From contig CAIRNR010000004.1 in assembly GCA_903879985.1 (NCBI GenBank), forward strand, positions 32,762 through 96,761: DNA of 64,000 nt. Direction: 5' to 3'. The DNA is from an uncultured candidate division WWE3 bacterium (GTDB lineage Bacteria; Patescibacteriota; WWE3; UBA101185; UBA10185). Position numbers and translations under genes: made by a program. Below the pieces are notes generated by a model. That model was not told where the DNA came from. It did no database searches and saw only the letters and a program-made list of their open reading frames with translations. Of the stretch, positions 63,969-64,000 are shown one piece after another; position 1 is the first letter of the stretch; the number at the start of each line of letters is the position of its first letter.

Positions 63969-64000
63969 TAATACACTGTTATTTTTGCAGACTATGGCTC

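Noticed and set aside
1-64000. CRISPR arrays, tRNA and rRNA genes.
   Set aside because: No regularly spaced short direct repeats with unique spacers and no cloverleaf-compatible or rRNA-like segments were seen in the intergenic regions inspected. The only tandem repeats are in-frame coding repeats (66-nt and 69-nt periods).

Overview
This is an AT-rich window (baseline roughly 30-36% GC, judged by eye) with densely packed, mostly short genes on both strands. Several patches have markedly higher GC. No rRNA, tRNA or CRISPR array was recognised by eye. Gene content, genome affiliation (inference only): Patescibacteria/CPR-like or another reduced low-GC monoderm genome. That affiliation rests on the gene content that follows. 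The content is a mix of housekeeping genes and a very large complement of surface or secreted proteins. The housekeeping genes are a tRNA dihydrouridine synthase, UMP kinase, aldehyde dehydrogenase, an ABC-F ATPase, MscL, TatC/TatA, a BdbC-like DsbB and DedA. The surface complement consists of N-terminal membrane anchors followed by Thr/Pro-rich linkers, two giant proteins of 1082 and 1316 aa, NHL and Kelch-like beta-propellers, SH3b domains and lipoproteins. TGA appears to act as a stop codon, since conserved genes are intact under the standard code.

The most notable structures are these:
1. A three-gene flavin module: an RnfG-like FMN-binding ectoprotein, the ApbE flavin transferase, and an RnfD-like membrane domain fused to an FNR-type FAD/NAD(P) reductase. 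DsbB lies next to it.
2. A tatC-tatA pair immediately followed by a 1316-aa protein carrying about fifteen 22-aa tandem repeats and two C-terminal SH3b domains.
3. A co-oriented locus holding a fibre-tip-like 160-aa protein, a 101-aa protein and a 1082-aa Thr/Gly/Ala-rich giant protein that lacks a signal peptide.
4. Four secreted paralogues (two NHL propellers, one Kelch-like propeller, one small protein) that share a previously unrecognised C-terminal module of about 95 aa. The module is introduced by a conserved TFKKDTRCL motif and bracketed by two conserved Cys.
5. A GC-rich secreted mucin-like protein with nine consecutive Cys codons and 69-nt tandem repeats.
6. A GC-rich YkoEDC-type ECF transporter with an internal hairpin.
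7. A membrane-tethered extracellular HNH nuclease.
8. Several unknown two-gene modules and a serpin-like protein.

All calls come from reading the translations and the DNA. Nothing was searched.
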